DNA from: Mobula hypostoma
Taxonomy: Eukaryota
Assembly (NCBI RefSeq): GCF_963921235.1
Contig: NC_086108.1
Location: 22,382,001 to 22,446,000 of the forward strand
DNA: 64,000 nucleotides
Direction of reading: 5' to 3'
A model generated the notes under the pieces. It did no database searches, was not told the DNA's origin, and saw nothing but the letters and a program-made list of their open reading frames with translations. Of the stretch, positions 1-12,623 are shown one piece after another. Both the position numbers and the translations under genes were made by a program. Positions within the stretch are counted from its first letter, which is position 1. Each line of letters opens with the position of its first letter.

Positions 1-1620
1 AAAAACAGTGTAGAGGTCTCAGCACATATCACCGTGGAACATCATTGGTCACTGATCTCCAGGCAAGATATGCTCTGCCTTTTGTGGGCAAGCCAATTCT
101 GAATCCATGCAGCCACGTTTCCCTGGATCCCATGCCTCCTAACTTTCTGAAAAAACCTATTCTAGGAAACCTTGTTACTTGCTTTACTAAATCCATATAC
201 ACGACATCCACTGCTCTATCTGAATCAATTTGTTTGATGACTTCTCAAAGAACTCAGGCTCATGAGGAACAACCTACCCCTCAAAAAGCCATGCTGACGA
301 TTCCTAATTAAGTTATGCTTCTCCAAATGCTCATAAATCCTGTCTTCGAAAATTCTCTCCAATAGTTTGCCCACTACTCACTGGTCTATAATTCCCAGGA
401 TTATCCCTAAAACCTTACTTGAAGAAAAGAATAACATTTTCCATCATCAATCTTTTGGTAATACTCATATGGCCACCAAGGATACAAAGATTATCACCAT
501 TGTTACAGCAATCTGTTCACTTGCTTCCCATAGTAACCTTTTGGTATATCACGTCCAACCGTGGGACTTGTATATTGTAATGATTTTCAGAGTTTCAGCA
601 TATCCTCTTTTTTTCACATCAAAGTGTTCCATAAATCATTCTGTTTTATGATTTTATCACATTTAACAAGTTTCTCTCACTGGTGAATACTGAAGCAAAT
701 GTCATTAAAGACCTCCTCTAACTTAAGGCACATTTCCTCTTTTATCCCTGATTGGTCCTACACTCACTCTAGTCATCCTTGTACTCTTCACGACTTGTGG
801 AACACCTTAAGGTTTTCCTTAATCCTACTTGCCTTCTCATGTCCCTTGAAGCTCTCCCTAAGTCCTCTCTTAAGCTCCTTCCTGGCTACTTTGTAATTCT
901 CAAGAACCTTGTCTGATCCTTGCTTCTTAAACTTTATGTAAGATTCTTTCTTCCTCTTGACGAGATGTTCCATCTTTCTTGTCAACCATGGTTCCTTCTC
1001 CCTGCCATCCTTTCCCTGCCTCAATGAATCAAACCTTTGCAGAACTCCATGCAAGTGCTTCCTAAGCATATTTCCTTTGTATATTTCCCTGAGTATATCT
1101 GTTCTCAATTTATGCTCCCAAATTCATTATAATTCCCTCTATTCCAATTAAATACTTTACCATACCATCTGCTCCTGACCCTTCCCAAGTCTATGGTAAA
1201 GATCAAGAAGTTGTGATTACTATCTCTGAAATGCTCACCCATCAAGAGATCTATTAATTGACCAGGTTCATTGCTTAGTACCAGATCCAGTATAGCTCTG
1301 CATTAATCGGTCTGTCTGCATATTGTATAAGGAATCCTTTCTGGGCACACCAAACAAATTCTGTCCCATCTAAACCTTTTGCATCAAGTAGGTGCCAATC
1401 AATACCAGGGAACGTGAAGTCACTGAATACAACAACCCTGTAATTTTTTTGCACCTTTCCAAAAATTTGCCTCCTGATCTGTTCCTCAGTGACGCTGTTT
1501 CTGTTGAGGTATCTATAGATACTCCCAGTAGAGTGATTACACCTTTCCTGTTCCTGACTTTCACCCACATTGGATCAGTAGACAGCCCTTTCATAATGTC
1601 CTCCCTTCCTGCAGTTGTGA
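1..1620 (-). mobile_element. CR1-clade LINE, decayed ORF2 (APE endonuclease to RT) fragment
   Basis: Minus-strand fragments DVVYMD (29-211), EPWLTRKMEHLVKRKKESY (788-1108), WVKVRNRKG and SDFTFPGIDW (1275-1594); many stops and frameshifts. Confidence 0.9.
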
Positions 1621-1659
1621 TACCACCCCCTGGTAATCAATGCTGCCTCCCCAGATCTT

Positions 1660-2180
1660 TTAAGACCATAAGACAGTGGGGCAGAAATAGGCCATTCAGC
1701 AATTGATTCTGTTCTGACATTTGATCGTAGCTGATCCATTTCCCGCTCAACTATAATCTTCTGCCTTCTCCCCCTACCTTTCACGCCCTGAATAATCAGG
1801 AACCTATCAATCTCTGTGGTAAATAATCACAATGACCTGGCCACAGCTGCCTAAGGCAACAAATTCCACGGATTCACGGCCCTCTGGATAAAGAAATTCC
1901 TCTTCATCTCCATTCTGAATGGATGTTCCCCCATTCCGAAGTTTGCCCTCTGGTCCTGGATGCCCCCACTAATGGAAACACCCTCTCCACATCCACTCTA
2001 TCTAGGTCCTTCAATATTTGATAGGTTTCAATGAGATTCCCCCCCCCCCCCCCATTCTTCTAAATTCTGACGAGTACAGGCGCAGAACCAAAAACGTTCG
2101 TCATTGGGTAAGCCTTTCAATCCCAGAATCATTTTTGTGAACCTCCTTTGAACCCTTTCCAATGTCAGCACATCCTGTAC
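1660..2180 (-). mobile_element. CR1 LINE 3' end with tail
   Basis: LERVQRRFTKMI motif in ORF 2028-2291; taagaccataagac tail repeat at the left end. Confidence 0.85.
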
Positions 2181-2196
2181 CATTTGACCTTTTTTT

Positions 2197-2327
2197 TTAC
2201 AAGGCCGAGTAATTAGCTGAATGGTCAACCCAGCACAATAGAAAGCATGCAAGGAGCCAGCCAGATTCAACCTCGGGACCATTTGTCTCAAAGTCCATTG
2301 CCGATGCCACTACACAACCAGCCAGCT
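2197..2327 (-). mobile_element. tRNA-derived SINE, diverged copy of the 28227-28406 family
   Basis: Minus strand shows A-box and B-box-like motifs and aligns by eye to the 28.3 kb copy. Confidence 0.7.
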
Positions 2328-2329
2328 AT

Positions 2330-4760
2330 AGTAATTCTCTTTACTCAACTGTAAACTGACACATCTGACTTTATCTTCGCCTCTCAAGTTGCAGGGTGAA
2401 TTTTATCATATTACAATCACGCTTCCAAAGGGCTCTTAATCAAATCTGGTTCATTATGCAACATCCAATCCAGAATAGCTCATCCCCTAGTGAGCTCAAC
2501 CATAACTGCTCTAAAAAGCTATTTTATAGGCATTCTACAAATTCGCTCTCTTGGGATCCAAAATCAGCACAAACCTGATTTTTCCAATCTACTGAAATAT
2601 CCCATGACTGTTGTAACATTGCCCTTTTGACATCACTTTTCTGCTTTCTATTGTAATTCGTAGCCCACATCCTGGCTACTGTATGGAGGCCTATATAACC
2701 ATATAACAATTACAGCACGGAAACAGGCCATCTCGGCCCTTCTAGTCCGTGCCAAACTCTTACTCTCACCTAGTCCCACCGACCTGCACCCAGCCCATAA
2801 CCCTCCATTCCTTTCCTGTCCATATAGCTATCCAATTTAATTTTAAACAACAACGTCGAACCTGCCCCAACCATTTCTGCTGGAAGCTCGTTCCACACAG
2901 CTACCACTCTCTGAGTAAAGAAGATCCCCCTCATGTTACCCCTAAACTTTTGCCCTTTAACTCTCAACTCATGTCCTCTTGTTTGAATCTCCCCCACTCT
3001 CAATAGAAAAAGCCTATACACGTCAACTCTGTCAATCCCCTTCATAATTTTAAACACAATCTATCAAGTCCCCCCTCAACCTTCTACGCTCCAAAGAATA
3101 AAGACCTAACTTATTCAACCTCTCTCTTTAACTTAGAAGATGAAACCCAGGCAACATTTTAGCAAACCTCCTCTGTACTCTCTCAATTTTATTGACATCT
3201 TTCCTATAATTCAGTGACCAGAACTGTACACAATACTCCAAATTTGGCCTTACCAATGCCTTACACAATTTCAACATTACATCCCAACTCCTATACTCAA
3301 TGCTCTGATTAATAAAGGCCAGCATACCAAAAGCTTTCTTCACCACCCTATCCACATGAGATTCCACCTCCAGGGAACTAGGCACTATTATTACTAGATC
3401 CCTCTGTTCTACAGCATTCTTCAATGCCCTACCATTTACCAGGTATGTCCTATTTTGATTAGTAGCATCTCACATTTTTCAGCATTAAACTCCATCTGCT
3501 ATCTTTCAGCCCACTCTTCTAACTGGCCTAAATCTCTCTGCAAGCTTTGAAAACCTACTTCATTATCCACAACTCCACCTATCTTAGTATCAGCTACATA
3601 CATAATAATCTAATTTATCGCCCCATCATCCAGATCATTAATATATATGACAAACAACATTGGACCCAGTACAGATCCCTGAGGCACACCACTAGACACC
3701 GTCCTCCAATCTGACACACAGTTATCCACCACTACTCTCTGGCGTCTCCCACTTAGCCACTGCTGAATCCATTTTACTACTTCGATATTAATGCCTAACG
3801 ATTGAACCTTCCTTACTAACCTTCCGTGTAGAACCTTGTCAGAGGCCTTACTGAAGTCCATATAGACAACATCCACCACTTTACTCTCGTCAACTTTCTT
3901 AGTAACCTCATCAAAAAATTCATTAAGATTTGTCAAACATGACCTTCCACGCACAAATCCATGTTGACTGTTCCTAATCAGACCCTGTCTATCCAGGTAA
4001 TTATATATACCATCACTAAGAGTACTTTCCATCAATTTACCCACCACTGACGTCAAACTCACAAGCCGATAATTGCTAGGTTTGCTCTTAGAACCCTTTT
4101 TAAACAACGGAACCACATGAGCAATACACCAGTCCTCCGGCACCATCCCCGTTTCTAATGACATTTGAAATATTCCACACTAACTTCCCTCAAGGTCCTA
4201 GGGAATATCTTGTCCGGACCTGGAGACTTACCCACTTTTATATTCCTTAAAAGTGCCAGTACTTCCTCTTCTGTAATCATCATACTTATATAACTCCAAT
4301 GATGATCTTTTCACCTTTGTAGTTCCTTAACTCTGCCCACAATCATCCCACATTTTCTGAGCCTATGTCAGTTCTTTATAAGGATTTCATTTTTTACCAA
4401 CAGAGCCACACCATCCCCTCTGCCTACCTGCCTGTGTTTTTGATACAATATGTAACATTGGATGTTAAGCTCCCAACTATAATCTTCTTTTAGCACGACT
4501 AAGTGTTGTCCACAACATTGTACCTGTGCTACAAGATTATCTACCTTATTTTGTACACTATGTGTATTCGGATATACACCTTCAGCCTTGTATTTGTCAC
4601 CCTTTTCAATTTTGACCCCTATTACACTGCATTTCATCCCACCCACTGCAATTTTGCTCTGTCATCTGCCTGTCCTCCCTAACCGTCTCACTACAGACTG
4701 ACTCTGCTTGTATACCAACTATCCCATCCTTAGTCCTATCACTCTGGTTCCCATCCCCCA
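2330..4760 (-). mobile_element. Older CR1 endonuclease region interrupted by a younger CR1
   Basis: EN-like sequence at 2330-2691 resumes at 4295 (ORF 4368-4646, YSWELNIQCYILYQKHRQVGRGDGVALLVK). Confidence 0.8.
2700..4286 (-). mobile_element. 5'-truncated CR1 LINE (RT plus 3' tail)
   Basis: ORFs 3610-4164 ([22 protein letters not shown]), 3128-3424 and 2770-3057; gttatatg-type tail; flanked by tatataac at 2692-2699 and 4287-4294. Confidence 0.95.
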
Positions 4761-4779
4761 CCAAATCAGTTTAAACCCT

Positions 4780-5500
4780 CTAGTAAACTCCCTCTTGGGT
4801 TCAAGTATAACCTGTCCCTTTTGTACAAGTCATTCCTTCCCCAGAAGATATCCCAATGATCCTGGAATCTGAAACCTTGCCCCTAAAATAGTTCCTCAGC
4901 CACGCATTCATCTGCCAAATCAAGATTGCTACCATGAGGTCCTGCTTTTCAGCTTTCTACCTTGCTTCATAAATTTGCTCTCCTTCCTTTTCCTACCTAT
5001 GTCATTGGTGCCAATATGTATTAAGACTTCTAGCTGCTCACCCTCCCCCTTTAGAATGCTGTGGACCCTGGCACCTGGGAGGCAACATGCCATCCAGGTG
5101 TCTCTAGCACATCCATAGAAGGTTATATCTACTCCTTTAACTATGGAATCTCCTATCACTACTGCTGTCATCTTCTCCCCCTTCCCTTCTGAGCCACAGC
5201 ACCGAACTTTGTGCCTCCCTCCTTCCCTGTCCCTTTTGAAACATCTAAACCCTGGAACATCCAGCACCATTCCTGCCCTTGTGACAGACAAGTCTCTGTA
5301 ATGGTCACAACATCATAATTCCATGCTCTAAAATCATCACCCTTGTTCCTAATACTTCTTGCATCAGAATTGACACATTTCAACCCATCCAACAATTTGT
5401 GCCCAGTCTACTGCCTCACAGTCAGTCTACAAGCTGCATCTACTTTTCAACTAACAGCACCATCCTTTGATGTATTGCTCTGGCTCCCATCTCCTTTCCC
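4780..5500 (-). mobile_element. CR1 ORF1 SGNH/esterase and EN-start fragments (rearranged)
   Basis: VVIGDSIVKG...CCLPGARV...IHIGTNDIG (4929-5291); ARSIRNKGD...YDVVTITET (5168-5395). Confidence 0.85.
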
Positions 5501-5693
5501 AAAAAAAGCCTCATCCTTTGAACCGATGAGGTAGGAGCTGCTAGAAAGCAATAGCATTTTCACAAGTGACAGGGTAGGAAGAAGTATGGTCAAGGTAACT
5601 GAGAATCAATACTTTGGTAAAAGATGTCAGTGGATAGTCTTCCTCCAGAGATGGAGACAGAGACTAGCAAATAGGTGGTTTAATATGTCACTT

Positions 5694-5780
5694 GTTGAAG
5701 CATGGTAGAAGATACAAAATTATTCTATCTGTAGTGTGACCTTTCATGCTGAAATCAAATTTGTTGCTCTTAATACTTTT
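5694..5780 (+). repeat. ~85-bp intronic segment, copy 1 (copy 2 at 8141-8222)
   Basis: gttgaagcatggtagaagata...attctatctgtagtgtga...gttgctc is shared with 8141-8222. Confidence 0.85.
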
Positions 5781-5784
5781 ACAG

Positions 5785-5847
5785 AGATGCGCAGATGTTC
5801 GCCAAACACAAAAGTGACAGATGAAGTTGATTGTAGTCCAGTGAAGA
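5785..5847 (+). CDS. TOR1AIP1: Candidate upstream exon of the LAP1/TOR1AIP gene (63 nt, phase 1-1)
   Basis: ttttacAG acceptor and GTatgt donor; open in phase 1 (MRRCSPNTKVTDEVDCSPVK) and frame-compatible with the downstream exons. Confidence 0.6.
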
Positions 5848-6519
5848 GTATGTATTGAACATTTCAATTTGTTATACACTGTAAAGTTTATAAATTATAC
5901 ATGTTTTAATTGCTTGTTGATGCATTATGATCCTGTTATTTGGCTAGGTTGAAACATGTAGAGTAAATGTAAAATGCTATTGATAATTTTGATATACCAA
6001 AAGCACAAGACAGGTAACAAAGGACTGCTGTGATGTGTAATGAAGGACTGCATTTGCTGTGATGTGGAAATGTGGCAGTCATTTGGGGAAAGGACAAGCT
6101 CTGGAAAATTATGAAAGATTTGATTTGTTAAGTTTAATTAATTGGACTCTGGGTGCTTCTAGCAACGCTGGCATTTACTGCTCCATCCTAATGGCCTTTG
6201 AGCTGACTGCCTTTTTGATGAAGGGAAACATTTACATTGCTGTTGGTTATTGAGTTAGGTTTGGAATCAGCAATGTCAGAGGAGTGGTGGGTAGTACTGG
6301 CCTCCTCATCAATAGTTGTGCTCCCACTGCTATTTTAAAGATGTGTGTCTGTAAAAACACGTTTTGGGTTTTCTTGGAAACTGGTATTTTTGCATAAACT
6401 GACAAACCTACAACTTCTTTTAACCCACAGTTTTTCACCATTCTCACATTTCTGATGTGGCTAGTTTTCTCCATCAATTTCTTCAGATTTTACCATCTCA
6501 TGGTTGCAAAATGTGATTG

Positions 6520-7150
6520 GAATTGATTTGTTATTGTGACATGCACTGAGATAAAGTGAAAAGCTTGCTTTGCATTCGATGCACAGTATGCTGAAGTAGT
6601 AACTGTTAAAACAATAGCAATATAAGTTACACAGAAAGTGCAATGCAGGTAAACTATTAAGTGCAAGATCATAGCAAGGTAGATTGTGAGGTCAAGGATC
6701 CAACTTATGATATTCTATAACCATTTAATATACATATTAACAGGATAGAAGGTCTCCTTGAGCCAGGTGGTATGAGTTTTCTGGCTTTTGTGTCATTTGC
6801 CTGACGACAGAGATGTGGGTGAGGTCTTTGATTACGCTGGCTGCTTTACTGGGGCAGCAAGAAATACAGGCAGGATCCATGGAAGGGAGACTTGTCTCAG
6901 TGATGTACTGAGCTGTGTCCACAGTTCTTTTCAGTTTCTGATGATCCCAAGCAGCGTCATTGTCAAATCAAAGACAGATAGGATGCTTTTTATGGTGCAC
7001 CTGGAAGGGGACACGCCAAATTTCTTTATCTTCCTGATGAAATATAGATGTTGGTGGGTTTTCTGGGCTGTGGCATTAATGTTATGTGACCAGGAAAGGC
7101 TATTGGTGATGTTCACCCCCAGGAACTTGGAAGTTCTCAACTCTTTCGGC
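6520..7150 (-). mobile_element. Rex1/Babar-like LINE 3' fragment
   Basis: KFLGVNITNSLSWSHNINATAQKTHQHLYFIRKIKKFG (6931-7221) plus a typical 3' UTR. Confidence 0.8.
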
Positions 7151-7862
7151 CTCAGCCGTGGGTTGAGTAATTTGTGATGATCGGATGGAGAGAAAAATAT
7201 GTAGAACAAATGATTGGTCAATTATTGAGTATTTTGCATAATCATTAGAATTAACATAAGGTACAGTTTGATACTTAAGGTACATTGGTAAATTAATGAG
7301 TGGATTAGATTATCTCTTTTTCACTAGAGTTGGTTCTTCTGAGCTCACAAAATTAAATCTGACATGGAGAAACCTTAAAGAGAGAACAAAGGTTTGGCAG
7401 CTCTGACATTCATGGTGGGATTCTATCATAAAGTCACAGATTTAAATTTGTCTCTTTTTATGTGAGTTTTGGTATATCATTCGCTCACTGCACAGCAGAA
7501 TAACTCCTGACATCTGGAACAAAACATTGGTAAGATGTCAAGACTAAGAGAGTTATAAATGGCCTGCAATTTGTTTTTTTTTTGTTTGGAACTTAGGAAT
7601 TTTGTGTGTGGTGAAAAGGATACTTAAAAGATTCTTAGTTTTAGTGACTTGAATCAGTTTCTTCAAGATGGACCTTGGCCAATTAACAATAGCAGTTGGA
7701 GTTGATGGATTCTGCAGACTGCCTATAAATCTGCTATTCAAACTGGGATATTGATTTAGTTTTTATTGTTAAAAAGGTAGACATCAACACGAGCTAAAAA
7801 TGAATCATTAATGGTGGTTAAGATGGAATGTTCTACAGCACTATTAATAATGTGTGTATGTC

Positions 7863-8090
7863 ACACACACAAAATGCTGGAAGAACTCAGGCGGTCAGGC
7901 AGCATCCACGGAAATGAACAGTTAATCTTTTCAGCAAAGGCCTTTCTTCATGACTGAAAAAGAAGGGGGAAGATACCAGAATAACTTTCTATTCTGTTCA
8001 TCTCCGTGGTTGCTGCCTGACCTGCTGATTTCCTTCATCATTTTCTGTATGTTGCTTTAAATTTCCAGCATCAGCAGAATTTCTTATGTT
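7863..8090. mobile_element. Penelope pLTR-derived inverted-repeat fragment
   Basis: acacacaaaatgctggaagaactcag...gcagcatc followed by its reverse complement; contains a decayed hammerhead core. Confidence 0.75.
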
Positions 8091-8140
8091 TATTTTGTGT
8101 GTGTGTGTGTGTTTGTTTTTATATATTAAAATAATGACAC

Positions 8141-8222
8141 GTTGAAGCATGGTAGAAGATATGAAGTCATTCTATCTGTAGTGTGATCTTTCGTGCTGTG
8201 ATCGAATCGTTGCTCATAACAC
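8141..8222 (+). repeat. ~85-bp intronic segment, copy 2
   Basis: Direct, diverged copy of 5694-5780. Confidence 0.85.
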
Positions 8223-9082
8223 TAATAAATATATATTTGTTTACTAGTTAAGGATCAGTGTTGGAGCTGTTATTTGTCTTGCGTATTAACAATGTGAATA
8301 TGAATGTAGTGAGTACAGTTAGTAATTTCATAGTTGACATGAAAATTATGGGTAATGTGCAGGGGATATTCCAAGGTACAGGATGATATTCTTCAGTTGA
8401 TGAAATGGGTTAGGGATATGAGGTTTGGAGGGTATTTGAAGGTTTTTTTTATCCACAGGATAGACGGAATATCACATGTGCCGGGGGGATGGTGAAAGTA
8501 GAGACGCATAGATGACTAGAATTGCAAGCCATTAGAGGTTATGGACTAAGTGCTGGAAATTGAGATTAGTATTGATTGAGTGTTTCAAGACTAGCATGGA
8601 CAAGATAGCTGAGGTGCCAGTTTCTGTGTTGTATGAATCTGACTTTGACTCAAACTCCCAGAGGGATGAAGGAATAACATCTGATAAACAGAATGACTAT
8701 GTTTGGAGTTGTGTTCAGTAATATTATAGATTTTAAAAAATGCAGGAGGAAATTTTGCAGACGATCGATTGTATACTCTTCAAGTTACTGATGCTGAACC
8801 AAGTAGTAGAATCGTGAGCTTCTTCCAAAAGTGATCTTTTATAGATCAAAGTATCAGCAATAAATGGTAACTACATTAAAGACAGTTATGTTCTGATATG
8901 CTTCCTCTTCTCCCCTTTTGCAATTCTATCTCAAATTAAGTAGTTGCCTTGTTTGGAAAGTTAGGTGAATTCTTCCACATCATCTTGTCATTGGGTAAAA
9001 GTTTTATATATGTATAATTCTGTATTTCTGATGATTCCTTGGTATGTGCTTCAGCATCTGAAGTATGTTTCTTTTCTTTTAG

Positions 9083-9127
9083 ACATGAGTCCTGAAAGTG
9101 AACCTGACTCTAACCAGTCAGATGAAG
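9083..9127 (+). CDS. TOR1AIP1: LAP1/TOR1AIP exon (45 nt, phase 1-1)
   Basis: tttcttttcttttAG acceptor and GTaagc donor; encodes MSPESEPDSNQSDE. Confidence 0.8.
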
Positions 9128-9280
9128 GTAAGCGCATGTGCATAAAATGTTTGTCTTTTTTAATCTGATGTTCACCTTTAGTTATTGGCAAAATCTGGCT
9201 TTGAGGAAATCAGTGGCTTTCTAATTTCCAGTAGAGATCCATCAATACTGATGCTTTTGATTTTTTTTCTCTTTTTGTAG

Positions 9281-9376
9281 AAACCAGTGACTCACCTTTG
9301 GATCTGGGAGCAGCTGGGGATTCACCAATATTTAGCAGGACTCGCTCTCGCACCTCAGGGATAGAATTCTCACAGA
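9281..9376 (+). CDS. TOR1AIP1: LAP1/TOR1AIP exon (96 nt, phase 1-1)
   Basis: Long pyrimidine tract ending gtAG, donor GTgagc; encodes ETSDSPLDLGAAGDSPIFSRTRSRTSGIEFSQ. Confidence 0.8.
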
Positions 9377-9628
9377 GTGAGCACATTTAGCCTCACTCCA
9401 GAAAACTGGCTTTTTCATTTCAAGTGTCGATGCTAGCATGTATATAGTAGAATTATTGGTGATTGTGTGTTAACTTATCATTGGATCAATACATCAGTGA
9501 TTTTCCTCCCTAATCAGATTGATGGACAATCAGCTTCACTGCTTGAGGAATGTGCAGCTGGTTTTGGACTTAGTGGCATTTTTTATCCATTCCATCCCTC
9601 TAATTCCCATTTCCCCTCCCTTACTCTT

Positions 9629-10044
9629 TCGGGTAGATGGAGCTCGTCAGCCTGGGAAGGCAGTCCATCTAAGAGAGGGAAAACTTAGATTTCAAACCTC
9701 CGCTGCCTTGCAGCCATACCCACTAATGGGAAAGGCTGCGGGAGTAAACCCTGAAGACAAATCCGGAGCTGGAGTCCCTAAGGCAGTCCGACGTTGCCTT
9801 CAACCTCGTTCTGGCAACTCCTGCAACGACACTGGTGCCAGTCTGTATCGGCCCTTGCCCTTCCCTTGGACAACATTGGTGTTGTGGAGAAGGGAGACTT
9901 GCTGCGTGGGCAACTGCTGGTCTTCCATACAACCTTGCCCAGGCCTGTGCCTGGAGAGGACACTCCAGCGTCGCTTCACCACGACAGCACAACACGGAAA
10001 AGACTTTCCAGGCGCAGATCCTGGCGAGTGGACAAGATGCCACC
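9629..10044 (+). mobile_element. Short non-autonomous retroelement resembling an RTE/Vingi-type 5' UTR
   Basis: GC-rich island in an AT-rich intron; motif cagcctgggaaggcagtccatctaagagagggaaaact; flanked by actctt at 9623-9628 and 10045-10050 (candidate TSD). Confidence 0.55.
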
Positions 10045-10175
10045 ACTCTTGTCCTATTTTTCATAACAGATGACCACAGAGTTAGATTTTTTAAAAGGAG
10101 CTGCCAGATAGCTATTGGGTATTAGATTCTTGACCAATGTTTTTCTTTTTCTTTTTTAACTTTTTGAAGGCTAAT

Positions 10176-10850
10176 ATTAGATTATGAGGACACGCAGTCC
10201 TCTTTTATTGTCATTTAGTAATGCATGCATTAAGAAATGATACAATGTTCCTCCAGAATGATATCACAGAAACACAAGACAAACCAAGATTTAAAAAAAC
10301 TGGAAAAAACCACATAATTATAACATATAGTTACAACAGTGCAAAGCAATACCGTAATTTGATGAAGAACAGACCATGGGCGGTAAAAAAAAAAGTATCA
10401 AAGTCTCTTGAAAGTCCTATCATCTCACGCAGACGGTAGAAGGGAGAAACTTTCCCTGCCATGAGCTTCCAGCGCCGCAAACTTGCCGATGCAGCATCCT
10501 GGAAGCACCCGACCACAGTCCGACTCTTGAGTCCATCTGAAAACTTTCAGCCTCCAACCAGTCCTCCGACACCGAGCACTGAGCACCATCTCTGCCGAGC
10601 GCTTCAACCCGGGTCCCGGCAACAGGCAGTAGGCAAAGCCAAGGATTTGGGGCCTTCCCCTCCGGAGATTCTCGATCGCACAGTAGCAGCGGCAGTGAAG
10701 CAGGCATTTCAGAAGTTTCTCCAGATGTTCCTCTGTGCTTCTCACGTCTGTCTTCATCAAATCAGGATTGTGCACAGCCCCTATTTAACAAATACAATAT
10801 CATTTCGGAGCGGCCACGCACACTGCGTCGTGCTGCCATCTCCTCTTCCC
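10176..10850 (-). mobile_element. ~670-bp non-autonomous non-LTR element (same family as 42462-43134)
   Basis: Reverse complement aligns end to end with 42462-43134; gagatggc-type 5' end, aataaa and (ctaat)n tail. Confidence 0.8.
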
Positions 10851-11029
10851 TTCCCCGGTTCTATCAGTTTTAATGTCCTTGAAGGCAGATCTCGAAATAT
10901 GCTTTTATTCAGTTTTCTGTGGATTGCTATTGAGAAAACTCAGTAACAAATGCCTGTGTACATGTACAGGAATTTGAATTAAACAGTTGAGCTTAACTTG
11001 CTGATGAACTTGTATCCATATTTTTGCAG

Positions 11030-11083
11030 ATCAAAATCTCCAACAGCCTAACTTAAGCAGAAGACCGCTTCGTTCATCTCGAG
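11030..11083 (+). CDS. TOR1AIP1: LAP1/TOR1AIP exon (54 nt, phase 1-1)
   Basis: tttttgcAG acceptor and GTtggt donor; encodes NQNLQQPNLSRRPLRSSR. Confidence 0.75.
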
Positions 11084-12566
11084 GTTGGTGTCTTGTTATT
11101 TGAGTGTGGTAAAGTGATAGTTGTATAGAGAGGATGTCACTGAGTGTTGAAATGGCCGAGCAAATCTCATTCAAGTGCTCTTTACTTATCAGATTACTAA
11201 CCACTGTTTAACCTGTTCAGTTTGCAAAGTTATAAAATCATATAGAACAAGAGAGAGAGAGGTATTTGACATACTATGCACATGCTGACCCTTTGAGAGA
11301 TCTATTCAGATCGCAAATATTACTGAACTTACCAATCAAATGGGGGCCTAGAATTGGAAGAACACAGAATTAGGGTTGAAGTAGGGCCAGAGAAAAAAGA
11401 AGGTATAAGTATCTCCATGTGATTTCATTTTCATCTTCTTATCCAAGCTAATTGTCACATTTCCTAATTCTAGTGTATGGAGCCTTGTGCCAGATTTTAT
11501 CAGCTAAATCGACAATGATGTGCCTTGGAATATCATAAAACTTTAAAGGCTCTCTCTCAATAATTTATATAATAAGTTTTTGTAGGGAAAGAGTCTGAAA
11601 GCCAAATATGGAAACTAGAATGTTTAAGTTGCAGAAGTGTTTTTGCATAGTTGTGTCATTATAATGAATGCACTGTCAAGGGCAAGTTAAATTTCTGCGA
11701 TCAGGCAAAGGTAGGTGAACTAAATAGGAAAGTACTATCTTTGTTTGTGATTGGAAATAATGCCTTTCCGTATTCTATAAAATAAATTCTGTTGAAATTT
11801 GTCAATATTGAGTTTTGAAATCTGGGTAAAATTGTGTTTGAGAATATTTTCAAGCAGGAATGATTGAATGAATGATGTATGCAGTGGATTGTGTTCCTGA
11901 GATGCTGGAACTTTGGCTATTTCATGGTAACCAGATTCATGAACTCTAAATTGCAAGCATCAGAATAACTTTCATTTGCCTTTGGAATACGAAGGGGAGG
12001 GAGGGGGATCTTTTATCTTTTTTCAACAAAAGATGGCATAGTTGGATAGAATTGGGCTCTTCATCTTAAGCATAAAATTGCACATAAAATAAGTTAAGAT
12101 AATGCTGAAGTCCCACATTCACATGTTAAGACAAAAAACCCTTGATCTGTTTCAAGAGTCAAAATGCTTTCTTTTCTAGGAACATTTCTGGCTGTCTTTT
12201 AGTTTAATCTTTCAAATGTTTGAACACATTGCAAATGAGAATGAGCACAGTGGTGAAGTCCTGTCCGAAACGTCTATGCTTTTTTCTTCTCTCAGATGTG
12301 GCCTGACCTGCTGACCATTTCCAGCATTTTCTGTTTTAGATTTCCAGCATCGACACTTCTTTAAATTTTCAGTTGAGTTAGCTTGTGACTAGTTTTAAAA
12401 ATTAAGCTAATCTATAATGTGTAATAAATTGAATCTAGCTTTCTGCTTGAAATTGCCCAGGAGGAGTTTTAGTACTCAAAGTTTAAAATCTTTGAACTAT
12501 CTCAATCACTTCATTATATACATGTACTTGCAAATATTGTTAACCCATTTAATTTTTTTCCTGTAG

Positions 12567-12623
12567 GTCAAAAGGATGATGTAACTGCATCAAACAAAGT
12601 TAATACTAAGCGTGTACCTCCAG
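12567..12623 (+). CDS. TOR1AIP1: LAP1/TOR1AIP exon (57 nt, phase 1-1)
   Basis: tttttttcctgtAG acceptor and GTaaag donor; encodes GQKDDVTASNKVNTKRVPP. Confidence 0.8.

Noticed and set aside
5694..5780. C/D snoRNA or SECIS interpretation of the duplicated segment
   Set aside because: No C box, the CTGA is absent from copy 2, and there is no SECIS apical AAR geometry.
5948..6013. 66-nt AG...GT segment
   Set aside because: Stops in all three frames and a weak pyrimidine tract.
7496..7529. Exon-like segment (cacAGcAG...GTaaga)
   Set aside because: It has a stop in the phase-1 frame and a length (31 or 34 nt) that breaks the exon chain. It could only be a UTR or poison exon, and nothing supports that.
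9467..10946. Cluster of overlapping 60-184 aa ORFs
   Set aside because: They are by-products of two GC-rich non-coding repeats and show no protein motifs.
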